A DNA stretch of 64,000 nucleotides from Anaerolineae bacterium (GTDB lineage Bacteria; Chloroflexota; Anaerolineae; B4-G1; SLSP01): NCBI GenBank assembly GCA_040767155.1, contig JAXGPC010000005.1, positions 63,492 to 127,491 of the forward strand, in the 5' to 3' direction. The position numbers and the translations under genes are program-made. Positions 48,404 to 56,767 of the stretch are shown piece after piece. The number at the start of each line of letters is the position of its first letter. The first letter of the stretch is position 1. The notes beneath the pieces were generated by a model that had not been told where the DNA came from, did no database searches, and saw nothing but the letters and a program-made list of their open reading frames with translations.

Positions 48404-48429
48404 GGGCCGGCAGCACTGGCTACCGGCCC
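48404..48429 (-). terminator. terminator-like hairpin downstream of the SIMPL gene
   Basis: GGGCCGG-12 nt loop-CCGGCCC, followed on the minus strand by a T-rich TTCTGTGTT. Moderate evidence. Confidence 0.4.
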
Positions 48430-48449
48430 TTGCAAATTCGGAGCAGCGT

Positions 48450-49247
48450 CTACCTGATCTCGTAGACGACCTGGACGTTCACTGAGACCGAGAAGGAGCC
48501 TGCGGTGACGGTGGGTGCTGCTGCGTCCATTGCCATTCCCCCGCCACCCATCCCAACGGCTGCGCGCTCCGCGTACATCGGGTAATCGCCGCCACCCTCA
48601 GTGACGAGGATGGGCTTGCCCAGCGAGACGCCAAGCTGCTCTGCGATATGCTGCGCACGCGCCTTCGCATCGGCCAGAGCCGCCGCGCGCGCCTGCTCGA
48701 CCAGCGAACCCGAGTCCTCGACGGTGAAGTTCACACCCGAAACGGCGTTAGCACCTGCGTTCACGATGCCAGAGAGCATCTCACCGACCGACGCAATCTT
48801 GTCCGTCGTCACCTGGACCTGGTGGGACAGGTGGTAGATGATCTCGCCGGTGGGGCGCCCGGTCTCGGGATTGTAGACAGTCTCGATCCACAGGCTGTAG
48901 TTCGTCGTTCGTGTCTTGTCCTCAGCAATGCCGAAGCTGGTTGCGGCTGCCATAGCGGCTTCCATCTTCTCGGCCGCCTCTGCGACGAGCGCGTCAGGGT
49001 TCTGACCCTGGAGTTCGACACCAAAGATCACCTGAGCAACCTGCGGATCGGCGCTCGCGACCCCGGTTCCGGAGACGACGATGCCTTCCTGTGCCCCTGT
49101 GTTGTAGATAACCGAGCCGCCTCCGGCCAGTGCGGATGCATCACGCGCAGCCAGAGTAGGCAGGGGATTGAGCGAACCGCACGAGCTCAGTATGGCTGCC
49201 AGAGCCATGACAGACAATGCAACGATGGGCAAACGTAGTTTCTTCAT
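48450..49247 (-). CDS. SIMPL-domain (DUF541) secreted lipoprotein
   Basis: Signal peptide plus lipobox (ALSVMALAAILSSCGS). SIMPL-like sequence with Gly/Ala-rich C-terminal region. Confidence 0.7.
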   Translation of the reverse strand: MKKLRLPIVALSVMALAAILSSCGSLNPLPTLAARDASALAGGGSVIYNTGAQEGIVVSGTGVASADPQVAQVIFGVELQGQNPDALVAEAAEKMEAAMAAATSFGIAEDKTRTTNYSLWIETVYNPETGRPTGEIIYHLSHQVQVTTDKIASVGEMLSGIVNAGANAVSGVNFTVEDSGSLVEQARAAALADAKARAQHIAEQLGVSLGKPILVTEGGGDYPMYAERAAVGMGGGGMAMDAAAPTVTAGSFSVSVNVQVVYEIR

Positions 49248-49520
49248 TCTGATCCTCCATCAGGCTTCGATATGCTTCCCTGAGACGGAATCTGCTCCGC
49301 CGGAAAGCTCGTGTTTGGATGGGTCATCCACCCGTCACGATCTAATGACGTAGGCCGGTGCAAAGAAGTTCCAGGGGCAGCCCTGCGTCAATCGTCAGAG
49401 AGGCCCTTGTTGCGCAGGGCCGTCCTTGTATCGAAGGGTAGGAAAGGTACAATCTGGACTTGGGTGCCTGCCCGGTTGTGGCTGGGTGGCCGTCTTGTGG
49501 CTCAGTGATAGGGAGGGGAC

Positions 49521-50741
49521 ATGCACGTTAGGCGAAATGTGGTTCTGCTTCTGGTCTGGGGCGTGATCGCCGTGCTCTTTGGTGTCCTGGATGCTCAGGG
49601 CGTGGGCCTTGCGACGATGCCAAGCGGTGCCACGTTGGCCAAGGGGTTGATGATTCTTTGTGCCATCCTTGCCGGTTACCAGGTGGGGGTGCTGACGATC
49701 AAGGGAGGCGTTCACGTTCGCCGTGGCGCGGCGGGCGAGATCACGATGTTGTCCGGCGTTCTCAGGCTGGTTGCAGGCATTGCGGTCATCGCCGTGTTCC
49801 TGGCGCTCTTTGGGCAGTTGCAGACGGTGGGGACGGCGCTGGGCGCGTTCAGTGGTTTGCTCCTTGGTTGGTCGCTGCAGGCGCCGGTCAGCGGTATGGC
49901 GGCGTGGGTCATGATCTCGCTCAAGCGTCCCTTCCGTGTTGGCGACCGGATCCAGTTGCCTTCGTTAGGGCTGGTTGGCGACGTGGTCAACCTGGGACCT
50001 ATGTACACAGAGCTCAACCAGGTGGGTGGCGCCGTCGGCAGCGAGGAAGCTGTAGGCCGGCCTATTTTGATCCCCAATGCTATGCTCTTCAGCAATGTGG
50101 TGATCAACTACACTGCGCGCCAGGATGCCGCGTTCATCCTCGATGAAGTCGTTATCCGCATCACCTACGACACGAACTGGGACGTCGCGGAAGATATCCT
50201 ATTGTCGGCTGCTCACGAGGTCACTGCAGACATCATCCGCCAGACAGGGCAGGAGCCTTACGTCCGCGCGGATATGTATGACTATGGAATCTATATGCGG
50301 CTCCGCTACATGACCAGTGCAACAGACCGCCCACGGATCACGTACCAGATCATCCGCCGCATCTTCCAGGGTTTCCAGAACAACGCGCAGGTCGACTTTG
50401 CCATTCCCTACATCTACTCTTTCCGCAAGGGGGTTCAGGCATCGGCCCGCTTTGACGAAGCTGAGCAGACAAAGCCGACGATCGATCTGCCCCTGAGCGA
50501 CATTGTCTTTGACGAGGAGGGAAAGGCTTACCTGCTTGCCAACGATTCGGAGATCGATGAGCTGGCTGAGGGCATCAAGGCCGAAGGGCTCATCCAGCCT
50601 GTGGTTGTCGCGCGAACGTCTGGCGGCGCTTACCGTGTCGTGGCCGGACACCTGCGCGTGGCAGCCTGCAAGCGTCTTGGCTGGCGGTCGGTGCCGGCGA
50701 TTGTTCGGGAGTCTCCCAGCGGGATTGGCAGTGATGGCTGA
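49521..50741 (+). CDS. MscS-family mechanosensitive channel domain fused to a C-terminal ParB/Sulfiredoxin-type N-terminal domain
   Basis: N-terminal TM helices, then the MscS beta-domain motif (SLKRPFRVGDRIQLPSLGLVGDVVNL...ILIPNAMLFSNVVINYT). The C-terminal roughly 80 aa carry ParB N-domain motifs (GLIQPVVVARTSGGAYRVVAGHLRVAACKRLGWRSVPAIVRE). Confidence 0.65.
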   Translation: MHVRRNVVLLLVWGVIAVLFGVLDAQGVGLATMPSGATLAKGLMILCAILAGYQVGVLTIKGGVHVRRGAAGEITMLSGVLRLVAGIAVIAVFLALFGQLQTVGTALGAFSGLLLGWSLQAPVSGMAAWVMISLKRPFRVGDRIQLPSLGLVGDVVNLGPMYTELNQVGGAVGSEEAVGRPILIPNAMLFSNVVINYTARQDAAFILDEVVIRITYDTNWDVAEDILLSAAHEVTADIIRQTGQEPYVRADMYDYGIYMRLRYMTSATDRPRITYQIIRRIFQGFQNNAQVDFAIPYIYSFRKGVQASARFDEAEQTKPTIDLPLSDIVFDEEGKAYLLANDSEIDELAEGIKAEGLIQPVVVARTSGGAYRVVAGHLRVAACKRLGWRSVPAIVRESPSGIGSDG

Positions 50742-50777
50742 TTGTCGCTGCGCGATCTTGCGCTATAATTAGGTAGT

Positions 50778-50849
50778 TGGGGCGTGGCCAAGTGGCAAGG
50801 CGACGGACTTTGAATCCGTTTATCGCACGTTCGAATCGTGCCGCCCCAG
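50778..50849 (+). tRNA. tRNA-Gln (anticodon TTG)
   Basis: Cloverleaf: acceptor TGGGGCG/CGCCCCA with U1-A72 and discriminator G, as in E. coli tRNA-Gln. Anticodon stem ACGGA/TCCGT with loop CTTTGAA (anticodon TTG). T-arm GCACG-TTCGAAT-CGTGC. CCA is not encoded. Confidence 0.8.
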
Positions 50850-50853
50850 CCTG

Positions 50854-50888
50854 GCGGCCCGGGCACCTGCCCGGGCCGCTGTGTTTTG
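50854..50888 (+). terminator. intrinsic terminator after tRNA-Gln
   Basis: GCGGCCCGGGC-ACCT-GCCCGGGCCGC, an 11-bp GC stem, followed by TGTGTTTTGGG. Confidence 0.65.
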
Positions 50889-51045
50889 GGTCGGTTTGTC
50901 ACACGACTGTCTTTACATTCAGGTGACAAGGGGTATCATGGTTTGTACATCGTTATCCGGACACGCTGGCATCTCCAACAGGGGATGCCAGTATCCTTGG
51001 ATGGGCATTGATTCCCATCCACCATCGCAGCAATAGGGAGGAGAT

Positions 51046-51981
51046 TTGAGCGCGTCGGGCATCGTTTTCAACATCCAACGCTTCTCGGTCCACGACGGAC
51101 CCGGCATTCGGACGACAGTCTTCCTGAAGGGCTGTTCTCTTCACTGCTTCTGGTGTCACAATCCCGAGGGGATTAGCCCCAAACGGGAGATCCAATTCTA
51201 CCCGGAGCGCTGCATCGGCTGCGGCGCGTGCCTTGAGGCGTGTGAGCACGGGGCGCACATTATGGAGGATGGCGTTCACGTCTACGTGCGCGATAAATGC
51301 GTGCTCTGTGGCAAATGTACCGACAGCTGTTTCTCGGGTGCACTGGAGATGACCGGTGACGAGGTCACCGTCGACGATGTGATGCAAGAGGTCCTGGCGG
51401 ACCGGACGTTCTATCAGAATTCCGGCGGCGGGATGACGCTCTCCGGTGGTGAGCCGTTGTTGCAGAAGGCGTTCTCAAAGGCGCTGCTCGAACGGGCCAA
51501 AGCTGAAGGCGTGCACACGGCTATTGAGACGTGCGGTAACTACCGCTGGTCGGACCTTGAAGAGCTTTTGCCTTTCATCGATATGGTCATGATGGACCTC
51601 AAACATATGGACCCGGAGATCCATCGCAAGGCTGTGGGTGCCTCCAATGAGCGCATACTCGTCATTGCCGAGCAATTGATGTACACAGACAAACCCGTCT
51701 GGTTCCGCACGCCGGTGATTCCGACGGTCAATGACACGCCTGAGGCCATTGGCGCCATTGCGGCCTTTGTCCGCCGCCTGACCGATATCCGGGAGGCCCA
51801 GGGCAATGGCGCGCCGCCGCCGATGTTGGAGCTGCTGCGCTTCCATCGCCTGGCCGGCGACAAGTATCGCAGTCTGGGTCTTGACTACAAAGCCGCCACG
51901 CTGGAGGCTCCCAGCCTCGCCTATATGGATGAGCTTCGGGATCTTGCTCGAAGCCACGGCATCGTCGTCAAGGGTTCCTGA
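51046..51981 (+). CDS. glycyl-radical-enzyme activating enzyme (radical SAM, PflA-family long form with ferredoxin-like 2x[4Fe-4S] insert)
   Basis: CSLHCFWCHNP is the CxxxCxxC rSAM motif with the typical GRE-AE context (QRFSVHDGPGIRTTVFLKGC). Ferredoxin-like insert CIGCGACLEAC...CVLCGKCTDSC. SAM-binding GGEP. The in-frame start appears to be TTG at 51046. Confidence 0.8.
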   Translation: MSASGIVFNIQRFSVHDGPGIRTTVFLKGCSLHCFWCHNPEGISPKREIQFYPERCIGCGACLEACEHGAHIMEDGVHVYVRDKCVLCGKCTDSCFSGALEMTGDEVTVDDVMQEVLADRTFYQNSGGGMTLSGGEPLLQKAFSKALLERAKAEGVHTAIETCGNYRWSDLEELLPFIDMVMMDLKHMDPEIHRKAVGASNERILVIAEQLMYTDKPVWFRTPVIPTVNDTPEAIGAIAAFVRRLTDIREAQGNGAPPPMLELLRFHRLAGDKYRSLGLDYKAATLEAPSLAYMDELRDLARSHGIVVKGS

Positions 51982-52017
51982 GACTTGTCACACGGGGGGC
52001 GGCTCTGCAAGCCGCCC

Positions 52018-54498
52018 CTAGCCTTTCCTGAGGAACGCGGCCACATCCGCGAACTCCGTTGTGTGGCACCCTTCGGGTAGCGACCGGATAATCTGTTGCC
52101 CGTAGCGCTTGTGCAGAACCCGTCCGTCGAGCAGCGCGATGACACCTCGATCAGTTTCGGAACGGATCAGCCGCCCGGCCCCTTGCCGTAGATTGAGGAT
52201 CGCAGATCCGAGCTGGAGCTCGTCGAAGGGATTGCCGTCGCGGGCGCGAACCTGCGCTTCCTGGCGCTGTATCACAGGATCATCGTGTGGGATGAACGGG
52301 ATCTTGTCGAGGATCACCAGGGCCAGCGCGTTGCCTGGGATATCCAGTCCTTCCCAGAAGCCACGCGTCGCAAACAAAACAGCGTTGCCATCCTGCTGGA
52401 AGCGTGACACGAGGTCTGGCTGGGGATAGTCGCCCTGAAGATAGCAGGGATACTGTGCACGCAGGACCGGCGCGAGCGTGTCGTAGAGCTGGATCATCCG
52501 CTGGCGGCTGGTGCACAGCACCAGGGCTCGCCCACGGCTCGTCTCGATCAGACGACCGACCTCCTCGGTGAGCTGCTGCACATAATCGTTGGCGAACGAC
52601 TGCGCCCGTTCGTCATAGACGGGCATCAGCGTACGCGGCGTGTAGAGCAACATCTGCCGGCGGTAGTCGAAGGGCCCCGGAATCGCTTTTGACAGGACCG
52701 ATGGTCCCTCTCCTGCCAATCCCACCGGCCCCTCTCCATTCGACGGAAGCCCGATCTGGCGCTTGAACCATCCCAGGTCATTGTTGACGCTGAGGGTGGC
52801 GCTGGTGCAGATCACGCGAGGCCAGACGTCGAAGAGCATACGCTGCAGCGGGTTGGTCACCTCCAGCGGGCGGTAGAGCGCCTGAAAGGTCCCCTCGGTG
52901 CCAGTCAACGGCTCATCGGTCACTTCACACAGCCGGATGTGCGTCTCCGGCTCCGGAAGCGAGAGCGCCCGGACCGTCGCCGCGATCTCCTCGACCTGCA
53001 TCACGGCTGTCTCGCGGTCGCCGTCATCCATCTGCGGAGCGTTGATGATCGCGCGCTGAATCCGGTTCAGGGTATCCCACAGCCCCAAACCCGCTTGCAG
53101 CTCGCCCTCCAATGCCCAGCGCGGGGGGCGTCCGTGGGAGCCAGGGCGCCCGGGTCGGAGGCGTTCCATGGCACCGAAGAAGTCATCGTAACCCGAGCGC
53201 GCTTCGACGAGGAGATCGCTGTCTGAGATACCTCCGCGAACTGCTGGGTTGTTCAACAGGCTCCAGAACAGGTCCTGGCCCAGCGCCATGGTCAGTGCCT
53301 CGGTGGCGTAGCGCGGCAACTGGTGGGCTTCGTCGATGATGAGCACGGGACGCACCGAGAAGATGTGGTTCTCGGCAAGCAGGGTGTTATAGCAGAGTAA
53401 GGCATGATTGGTCACCACCAGGTCGGCTGCTGCCGCCTCGCGCCTGGCGGCTTCGTGGAAGCACTCGCCGAAATGTGGGCAACGACGCCCCTGACATTCG
53501 CGTCCCCCCACCGTGAGCCGCGCAGCGACCTCTGGTGGAAGGCCCATCATCTCTACATCACCCGAGGGCGCTGTTTCGAGTCCTTCCTGCACGAGTTTGA
53601 GCATTGCCGTCTGATTGGGCGCGCCCACCTGCTGCTGGAGTCGATCCAGACGCAGCTTGCAGAGGTAGTTACTTCGTCCCTTGAGGAGCGCTGCTTTGGC
53701 CGGGCGAGGAGCGAGCTGCTGGAGCTTGGGGATGTCCTTCTCCCAGAGCTGGTTCATCAGCCCTTTGTTCGAAGTGCTGACCACAGCCTGGGCTCCAGAC
53801 CAGAGTATCGGAATCAGGTAAGCGAAGGATTTGCCAATGCCTGTGCCAGCCTCGAGCACCGCATGGCGGCGACCCTGAAGTGCATCTCGGACCAGGTCCG
53901 CCATCTGTGTCTGACCTTCACGGGCGCGATACCGATTTCCCAACAACGCTGCCAACGGCCCGCCGGGTGCAAAGATGCCCCGAATGGGCGGGCAGATGAT
54001 AGGCTGTGTCGTGACATCATTTCTGTCGCTGCCGTCACCTGGTCTGCGTTCTCGGACTGCATAGACGTCTTCCGATTCCCTTATGTTGTTCGTTGGCTCG
54101 GGCGGAAGGGCCCTGGGCGTCGGTGCGTTGGCCTGCGTCAGGACATGGCCGCCGACGACAACTGCCGGCTCGGTGTTGGCCGGTGCGTCTGACTCTGACA
54201 CGGCGCGAGGTTGGGGCGCGAGGGGGCCCTGCATCGCGTCGAGCAACGCCCTGGCTCGCGGCTCTCCGAGTTCGTGGGCGCGCATCAACGCCCTGGCTGC
54301 TTCATCCCATTGGTGGCGCTGGCGATAGCAGAGCCCCAGTTGGTAATGGGCATTTGCACAGTTGGGATCGAGCTTCAGGATCTCCCGGTAGACGGCAATG
54401 GCGCCGTCCAGGTTGCCCTGCAACAGCAGTTTGAAGGCGCGGCGTTCCTGGGCCCGGACGGCGATCTCGGTCACATTCGCGTTCAACCATCCCGACAT
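52018..54498 (-). CDS. dinG: DinG/Rad3-family ATP-dependent DNA helicase with an N-terminal TPR extension and a Pro/Ala-rich linker
   Basis: Walker A LEAGTGIGKSFAYLIP; DEAH box (LIIDEAHQLP); an Fe-S domain-like Cys region (YLCKLRL...CQGRRCPHFGEC); C-terminal helicase_C_2 motifs. N-terminal roughly 90 aa are TPR-like (AHYQLGLCYRQRHQWDEAARAL). Confidence 0.8.
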   Translation of the reverse strand: MSGWLNANVTEIAVRAQERRAFKLLLQGNLDGAIAVYREILKLDPNCANAHYQLGLCYRQRHQWDEAARALMRAHELGEPRARALLDAMQGPLAPQPRAVSESDAPANTEPAVVVGGHVLTQANAPTPRALPPEPTNNIRESEDVYAVRERRPGDGSDRNDVTTQPIICPPIRGIFAPGGPLAALLGNRYRAREGQTQMADLVRDALQGRRHAVLEAGTGIGKSFAYLIPILWSGAQAVVSTSNKGLMNQLWEKDIPKLQQLAPRPAKAALLKGRSNYLCKLRLDRLQQQVGAPNQTAMLKLVQEGLETAPSGDVEMMGLPPEVAARLTVGGRECQGRRCPHFGECFHEAARREAAAADLVVTNHALLCYNTLLAENHIFSVRPVLIIDEAHQLPRYATEALTMALGQDLFWSLLNNPAVRGGISDSDLLVEARSGYDDFFGAMERLRPGRPGSHGRPPRWALEGELQAGLGLWDTLNRIQRAIINAPQMDDGDRETAVMQVEEIAATVRALSLPEPETHIRLCEVTDEPLTGTEGTFQALYRPLEVTNPLQRMLFDVWPRVICTSATLSVNNDLGWFKRQIGLPSNGEGPVGLAGEGPSVLSKAIPGPFDYRRQMLLYTPRTLMPVYDERAQSFANDYVQQLTEEVGRLIETSRGRALVLCTSRQRMIQLYDTLAPVLRAQYPCYLQGDYPQPDLVSRFQQDGNAVLFATRGFWEGLDIPGNALALVILDKIPFIPHDDPVIQRQEAQVRARDGNPFDELQLGSAILNLRQGAGRLIRSETDRGVIALLDGRVLHKRYGQQIIRSLPEGCHTTEFADVAAFLRKG

Positions 54499-54688
54499 AC
54501 TCGGTCCCTTTCACACTGCGAAAATCGAGTACCCGCGCCTCCGTGGGCCTTTTCATTGGCGGGTCCCGCTCGTTTGTGAACGGCATTCCCCATTATATAG
54601 TGCGTATGTTCTATTGGCAAGCTCCGTGAGCTGAGGATATACTCGTAGCCTATGCTACTCTACTCCCGCTTTGGACTGGAGGCCAGAT

Positions 54689-56767
54689 ATGCCCGAGTAC
54701 GTCGTTCCTCCGACCCGTCAATGTGATCAGGTCGATGACTACCACGGAACCCTTGTCGCTGATCCCTATCGTTGGCTCGAGGATCTGAACAGCCCCGAAA
54801 CCCGAGCCTGGATTGAGGCCCAGAATGACGTCACCTTTGGGTATCTGGGACGGCTCCCCACGCAAGAGGCCATCCGGGAGCGCCTGACGGCCCTCTGGGA
54901 CTATCCCAGGGCGGGTGCGCCTTTGAGGTACGGGGCGCGCTACTTTCAGTTCCGCAACAGCGGACTACAGAACCAGGATGTGCTCTACGTTATGGACTCC
55001 CCGGTTGATCCGGGAAGGCTCCTGATCAATCCCAATACGCTCTCTTCCGATGGCACAGTGGCTCTGACCGGCCTGGCGGTGAGCCGCGACGCCCGCTATG
55101 TTGCCTATGCCACCAGTGTCAGCGGCTCCGACTGGCGATCCTGGCACATCCGCAGGGTTGAAACGGGTGCGGATCTGCCCGAGGTAATCGCGTGGAGCAA
55201 GTTCTCCGAGAGTGCGTGGCTGCCGGACGGCAGCGGCTTCTTCTATGGGCGCTATGAGGCACCCCAGGAGGGCACAGAGTATGCTGGTGCCAACTACAAC
55301 CAACAGATCTACCTGCACCGGCTGGAAACTGACCAGAGCGCAGACGAACTCATCTACAGCCGGCCTGACCAACCACGGTGGGGGTTCAGCCCCGTTGTCA
55401 CAGACGATGGCACCTACCTTGTCCTGCACGTCTCGGAAGGAACCGATCAGCGCAACCGTATTGTGTACAAACGCCTGAGCGGCGACACGTTCACGGAGCT
55501 TATCGGTGTCTTGGAGGCAAGTTACGAGTTCCTGGGGAACACTGGTACAGTGTTCTACTTTGCCACGAACCTCGACGCTCCCCGGGGCAAGGTCATCGCG
55601 ATTGACGTCGCACATCCCGAGCGCGAGGCCTGGCAGACGCTAATTGCTGAGGGTGCCGATACCCTTGAACACGTGACCATGGTTCACGATGAGTTTGTCG
55701 TCATCGCGCTTCACGATGCTTATCACCAGGTGCGGCGATATGCGCTTGACGGTACGTATCTTGGGGACATCGCTTTGCCCGGACTGGGTGCGCTGGGAGC
55801 CCTCACCGGGCGGCGCGACGATGACGAGCTCTTCTTCACCTTCAGTTCGTTCACGGTCCCGCCTACCGTCTACCGGTTCGACTGCCGGACGGCTGGCAAA
55901 ACCGTGATTGCCGAGCCCGCTATTGCATTTGACTCCGCCCCCTACGTCGTAGAGCAGGACTTCGCGATCAGCAAGGATGGCACCCGGGTGCCGTTTTTCC
56001 TCGTGCACCGCAAGGACTGGAAGAAGGACGGACAGAACCCCACGCTGCTCTACGGCTACGGCGGGTTCAACATTGCCACCACGCCGACCTTCCAGGTGGC
56101 CCGGCTGGTCTGGCTGGAGATGGGCGGGGTGCTAGCCGTTGCCAATCTCCGCGGCGGCGGCGAGTATGGCGAGGCGTGGCACAAAGCAGGCACCGTGCAT
56201 CAGAAGCAGAACGTCTTCGATGACTTCATCGCCTGTGCGGAGCACCTCATCGCCCAGAAGATCACGTCTACGCCAAAGCTCGCCATCGAGGGGCGGTCCA
56301 ATGGGGGATTGCTCGTTGGCGCCTGCTTGACCCAACGGCCCGATCTCTTCGGTGCCGCCCTGCCTACCGTGGGTGTGATGGATATGCTGCGCTTCCACAA
56401 GTTCACGATCGGCTGGGCGTGGATCAGCGACTATGGCTCGTCAGAGGATCCTGAGGAGTTCAGGACACTCCTGGCCTACTCACCTCTGCACAATGTGCGC
56501 CCGGCTGTCTACCCACCCACACTGGTTCTGACCGGCGACCATGATGATCGCGTGATGCCCGCTCACTCCTACAAGTTCGCTGCGGCGATGCAGGCCGCCC
56601 AACAGGGCGACGCTCCGATCCTCATCCGCATCCAGACCAACACCGGTCACGGTGTCGGGAAGCCCACAAAGCTCCTCATTGAAGAGCGTGCGGATATGTG
56701 GGCCTTTCTGGCGCGCGCGCTGCGATTCTCTGATCCTAATGCAGCTTATACGCTGAACCGCCGATGA
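54689..56767 (+). CDS. prolyl oligopeptidase (S9A family)
   Basis: N-terminal VVDDYHGTLVADPYRWLED (POP signature), a beta-propeller region and a C-terminal catalytic domain with GRSNGGLLVGAC (GxSxGG nucleophile elbow). GGAGG RBS 7 nt before ATG 54689. Confidence 0.9.
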   Translation: MPEYVVPPTRQCDQVDDYHGTLVADPYRWLEDLNSPETRAWIEAQNDVTFGYLGRLPTQEAIRERLTALWDYPRAGAPLRYGARYFQFRNSGLQNQDVLYVMDSPVDPGRLLINPNTLSSDGTVALTGLAVSRDARYVAYATSVSGSDWRSWHIRRVETGADLPEVIAWSKFSESAWLPDGSGFFYGRYEAPQEGTEYAGANYNQQIYLHRLETDQSADELIYSRPDQPRWGFSPVVTDDGTYLVLHVSEGTDQRNRIVYKRLSGDTFTELIGVLEASYEFLGNTGTVFYFATNLDAPRGKVIAIDVAHPEREAWQTLIAEGADTLEHVTMVHDEFVVIALHDAYHQVRRYALDGTYLGDIALPGLGALGALTGRRDDDELFFTFSSFTVPPTVYRFDCRTAGKTVIAEPAIAFDSAPYVVEQDFAISKDGTRVPFFLVHRKDWKKDGQNPTLLYGYGGFNIATTPTFQVARLVWLEMGGVLAVANLRGGGEYGEAWHKAGTVHQKQNVFDDFIACAEHLIAQKITSTPKLAIEGRSNGGLLVGACLTQRPDLFGAALPTVGVMDMLRFHKFTIGWAWISDYGSSEDPEEFRTLLAYSPLHNVRPAVYPPTLVLTGDHDDRVMPAHSYKFAAAMQAAQQGDAPILIRIQTNTGHGVGKPTKLLIEERADMWAFLARALRFSDPNAAYTLNRR

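Noticed and set aside
50778-50890. tRNA-Gln as a possible genomic-island integration site
   Set aside because: No integrase, direct repeat of the tRNA 3' end, or compositional shift was found on either side. The flanking genes (MscS-ParB fusion, GRE activase) are unusual but the GC content is unchanged.
54560-54585. Possible LexA half-site GAACGGCATTCC upstream of dinG
   Set aside because: Only one good GAAC half-site is present. The second half has two mismatches to GTTC, so it is not convincing as an SOS box without genome-wide motif support.
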